Assembly: GCA_050257015.1 (NCBI GenBank)
Contig: JBLMWC010000108.1
Coordinates: 1-63,186, forward strand
Length of the DNA: 63,186 nucleotides
Origin: Bacillota bacterium
GTDB taxonomy: Bacteria > Gemmatimonadota > Gemmatimonadetes > Gemmatimonadales > GWC2-71-9
Reading direction: 5' to 3'
Shown here: positions 60,663-63,186 of the stretch, in pieces
Position numbering within the stretch: position 1 is the stretch's first letter
Layout: every line of letters begins with the position of its first letter
Program-made: the position numbers and the translations under genes
The notes under the pieces: model-generated
What the model saw: only the letters and a program-made list of their open reading frames with translations
What the model was told of the DNA's origin: nothing
Databases searched by the model: none

Positions 60663-61826
60663 ATGCCTCGCTCCGATGGAACATCGCGCCCCGTGCGCCC
60701 CGCGCTCGCCGAGCTCGACTTCGACCAGGCGCCATTCCTCGTCATCTGGGAGACGACTCGCGCCTGCGACCTTGCGTGCCAGCACTGCCGCGCCGAAGCG
60801 GTGTCCACCCGGCACCCGCAGGAGCTGAGCACGGAGGAGGCGCGGCGGATGATGGACGACGTGCGCCGCTTCGGCCGGCCGCTCTTCGTCCTCACCGGCG
60901 GCGATCCGCTCAAGCGCCCCGACGTGGTCGAGCTCATCGAATACGGAACGAGCATCGGCCTCCGGATGGCGATGACGCCCTCGGGCACGCCACTCATGAC
61001 CGCGCCGATCCTGAAGCGCCTGCAGGAGGCCGGCCTCTCACGGCTCGCCGTCAGCCTCGACGGATCCACCGCCGAGATCCACGATACCTTCCGCGGCGTG
61101 GCCGGCTCTTACGCCTGGACCCTCGAGATGCTCAAGGCCGCTCGCGACCTCGGCCTCTCGACCCAGGTCAACACGACGGTCAGCCGCTACAACCTCGACG
61201 ACTTCGACGCCCTCTGCGCCCTCATGACCGAGCTCGGCATCTCGCTCTGGTCGGTGTTCTTCCTCGTCCCGACCGGCCGGGCCCAGGCCCGCGACGTCGC
61301 CAGCGCCGAGGAGTTCGAGAACGTCTTCCAGCGGATGTACGAGCTCTCGATGACGGCGCCGTTCGACATCAAGAGCACGGCGGCGCCGCACTACCGCCGC
61401 GTCATTCTCGAGCGCCAGGTGGCGGAGCGGCGTGCGCGGACCCGCACCGAGGCGCCCGAGCCGCTCACCGCCGGCGTCGGCTTCTCGCTCGCGGACGGTG
61501 TCGGCCGCGCCAAGGGCGTCAACGACGGCGACGGCTTCCTCTTCATCAGCCACACCGGCGCCATCTGCCCCTCGGGATTCCTGCCGCTCGCCGGCGGCAA
61601 CGTCCGCACCAGCGATGTGGTCGAGGTGTACCGGAACTCGCCGATGTTCCGCGAGCTCCGCGACCGGTCGCAGCTCAAGGGAAAGTGCGGCGTCTGCGAG
61701 TACCGCGACGTCTGCGGGGGGTCGCGCGCGCGCGCCTACGCCGTCACCGGGGACTACATGGAGTCGGAGCCGTTCTGCACCCACATCCCAGCCCGCTGGC
61801 GGCGGATGACTGCGGCGTCCGCGTGA
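60663..61826 (+). CDS. Radical SAM/SPASM protein (AhbD/NirJ-related, TIGR04053-like)
   Basis: WETTRACDLACQHCRA (CxxxCxxC), LTGGDP, VSLDG; SPASM-like KCGVCEYRDVCGGSRARAYAVTGD..EPFC. Confidence 0.88.
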   Translation: MPRSDGTSRPVRPALAELDFDQAPFLVIWETTRACDLACQHCRAEAVSTRHPQELSTEEARRMMDDVRRFGRPLFVLTGGDPLKRPDVVELIEYGTSIGLRMAMTPSGTPLMTAPILKRLQEAGLSRLAVSLDGSTAEIHDTFRGVAGSYAWTLEMLKAARDLGLSTQVNTTVSRYNLDDFDALCALMTELGISLWSVFFLVPTGRAQARDVASAEEFENVFQRMYELSMTAPFDIKSTAAPHYRRVILERQVAERRARTRTEAPEPLTAGVGFSLADGVGRAKGVNDGDGFLFISHTGAICPSGFLPLAGGNVRTSDVVEVYRNSPMFRELRDRSQLKGKCGVCEYRDVCGGSRARAYAVTGDYMESEPFCTHIPARWRRMTAASA

Positions 61827-62470
61827 GCGCTGAGCCCGAGCGCACCACATCGCTCGCCGCGGAGATCGAACGACTGTCGCGCGTCGCGGATGAGCTCGAG
61901 GCGCTCGGCGGCGGCGCCGACGGCGCGCGGCGGGAAGCCGCCGCGGAGATCCGCCGCCAGCTCGACCGGATCGAGGCGGCGCTCGAGCTGCACCTGGGGC
62001 CGCCGCCCGCGACCTCGGCCCCCGCGGGTCCCGCCCACGGGCGGACTCCGATCCCCCTCGACCCTCCCGAGATCGACGCCATCCTCCGCCGCAACTGCTG
62101 GGGCGTCCTCGCGACCGCCGCCGGCGCGCGCGCCTACGCGGTGCCGGTGATTTACGGCTACGACGGAAGCTCGATCTACATGGTGAGCGGCCCCGGGCGG
62201 AAGCTCGCGGCGCTGCAGGAGAATCCCGGCGTGTGCTTCACCGTCGCGGAGGTCGAGGCAGGTGGCGCGCGGTGGCGGTCGGTCGTGCTGCACGGCGAGG
62301 CGGCGCCGGTGGAGGAGCTCCTCGCGCGCGTCGCCGCCTTCAACGTGCTTCGCCGGCAGATCTCCGGTCATCGTACCGCGTCGGCGCGCGACGTGACGCG
62401 CCTCACGTCGGTCGCCGTCGTCCGCATCACACCCGCCGAGATCACCGGCCGGATGAATCCGCCGCGCTGA
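61823..62470 (+). CDS. Pyridoxamine-5'-phosphate oxidase-like (NimA-like) split-barrel protein with N-terminal helical extension
   Basis: AYAVPVIY, GRKL..LQENPGVCFTV, WRSVVLHG, EITGR; GTGA overlap with the radical SAM gene. Confidence 0.8.
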   Translation: MSAEPERTTSLAAEIERLSRVADELEALGGGADGARREAAAEIRRQLDRIEAALELHLGPPPATSAPAGPAHGRTPIPLDPPEIDAILRRNCWGVLATAAGARAYAVPVIYGYDGSSIYMVSGPGRKLAALQENPGVCFTVAEVEAGGARWRSVVLHGEAAPVEELLARVAAFNVLRRQISGHRTASARDVTRLTSVAVVRITPAEITGRMNPPR

Positions 62471-62598
62471 CGACGCGCGCTGTGGTGAGCGCGCCGCAGT
62501 CATTCACTCGAAGTCATCCCGGACCAATCCGAATCGCACGCCGCGCATCGGCATGAAGCTCGCGTCTTGCCCGACAACTTCTCTCGCGGGCGGGCATC

Positions 62599-63186
62599 AT
62601 GGCGGTCAGAGCGTTCTCCCCTGAACAGGCCGGGCGATGGGCCGGGATCCGCCGCCCCTACAGCGATGCCGACGTCGAGCGGCTGCGGAGCTCCGTTCGC
62701 ATCGAGCATACACTCGCCCGCCTCGGCGCGGAGCGGTTGTGGGAGCTGTTCACGACGCGGGACTACGTTCAGGCGCTCGGCGCGCTCACCGGCAATCAGG
62801 CGGTGCAGCAGGTGCGCGCGGGGCTCGAAGCGATCTATCTCAGCGGCTGGCAGGTCGCTGCCGACGGGAACCTCGCCGGGCAGACCTATCCCGACCAGAG
62901 TCTCTACCCCGCCAACAGCGTCCCCGCGATGGTGCGCCGGCTCAATCAGGCGCTGCTCCGCGCCGACGAGATCCAGTCGAGCGAGGGGAAGCGCGGCGAG
63001 CGGTACTGGTTCGCGCCGATCGTCGCTGACGCGGAGGCGGGGTTCGGCGGTCCGCTCAACGCCTTCGAGCTCATGAAGGCGATGATCGAGGCGGGTGCTG
63101 CCGGCGTGCACTTCGAGGATCAGCTCTCCTCCGAGAAGAAGTGCGGCCACCTGGGCGGGAAGGTCCTCGTGCCGACGAGCCAGTTC
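62599..63186 (+). CDS. aceA: Isocitrate lyase (truncated at window end; absent from the ORF track)
   Basis: Own translation: [68 protein letters not shown]. Confidence 0.96.
   Translation, partial: MAVRAFSPEQAGRWAGIRRPYSDADVERLRSSVRIEHTLARLGAERLWELFTTRDYVQALGALTGNQAVQQVRAGLEAIYLSGWQVAADGNLAGQTYPDQSLYPANSVPAMVRRLNQALLRADEIQSSEGKRGERYWFAPIVADAEAGFGGPLNAFELMKAMIEAGAAGVHFEDQLSSEKKCGHLGGKVLVPTSQF

Overview
High-GC bacterial chromosome segment, almost entirely core/housekeeping. Gene style and order suggest Gemmatimonadota (inference, not tested). I find about 57 CDSs and two tRNAs (Asn-GTT, Ile-GAT); I saw no integrase, transposase, prophage or CRISPR array. Recognisable genes are ilvE, moaC, holB, uvrA, pckA, maeB, nfo, ftsEX-envC, lepA, mfd, surA, pdxA, typA and aceA (truncated). 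The best candidate for an undescribed system is a translationally coupled pair inside the lepA-ROK-PfkB operon: a STAS-like/GHKL ATPase without a HisKA domain, and a STAS-like/winged-helix protein. It looks like a partner-switching Ser-kinase regulator. Other points of interest: (1) a triple-FHA / PP2C / TPR-HD-GYP signalling cluster with no kinase; (2) a degenerate GGDEF protein that keeps its I-site; (3) maeB apparently starting at ATC; (4) repeated -10 boxes abutting start codons, suggesting leaderless mRNAs; (5) a small secreted protein behind a sigma54-like promoter; (6) a hyper-acidic microprotein; (7) an unannotatable lipoprotein after tRNA-Asn. Many start codons were re-chosen by eye from the ORF track.
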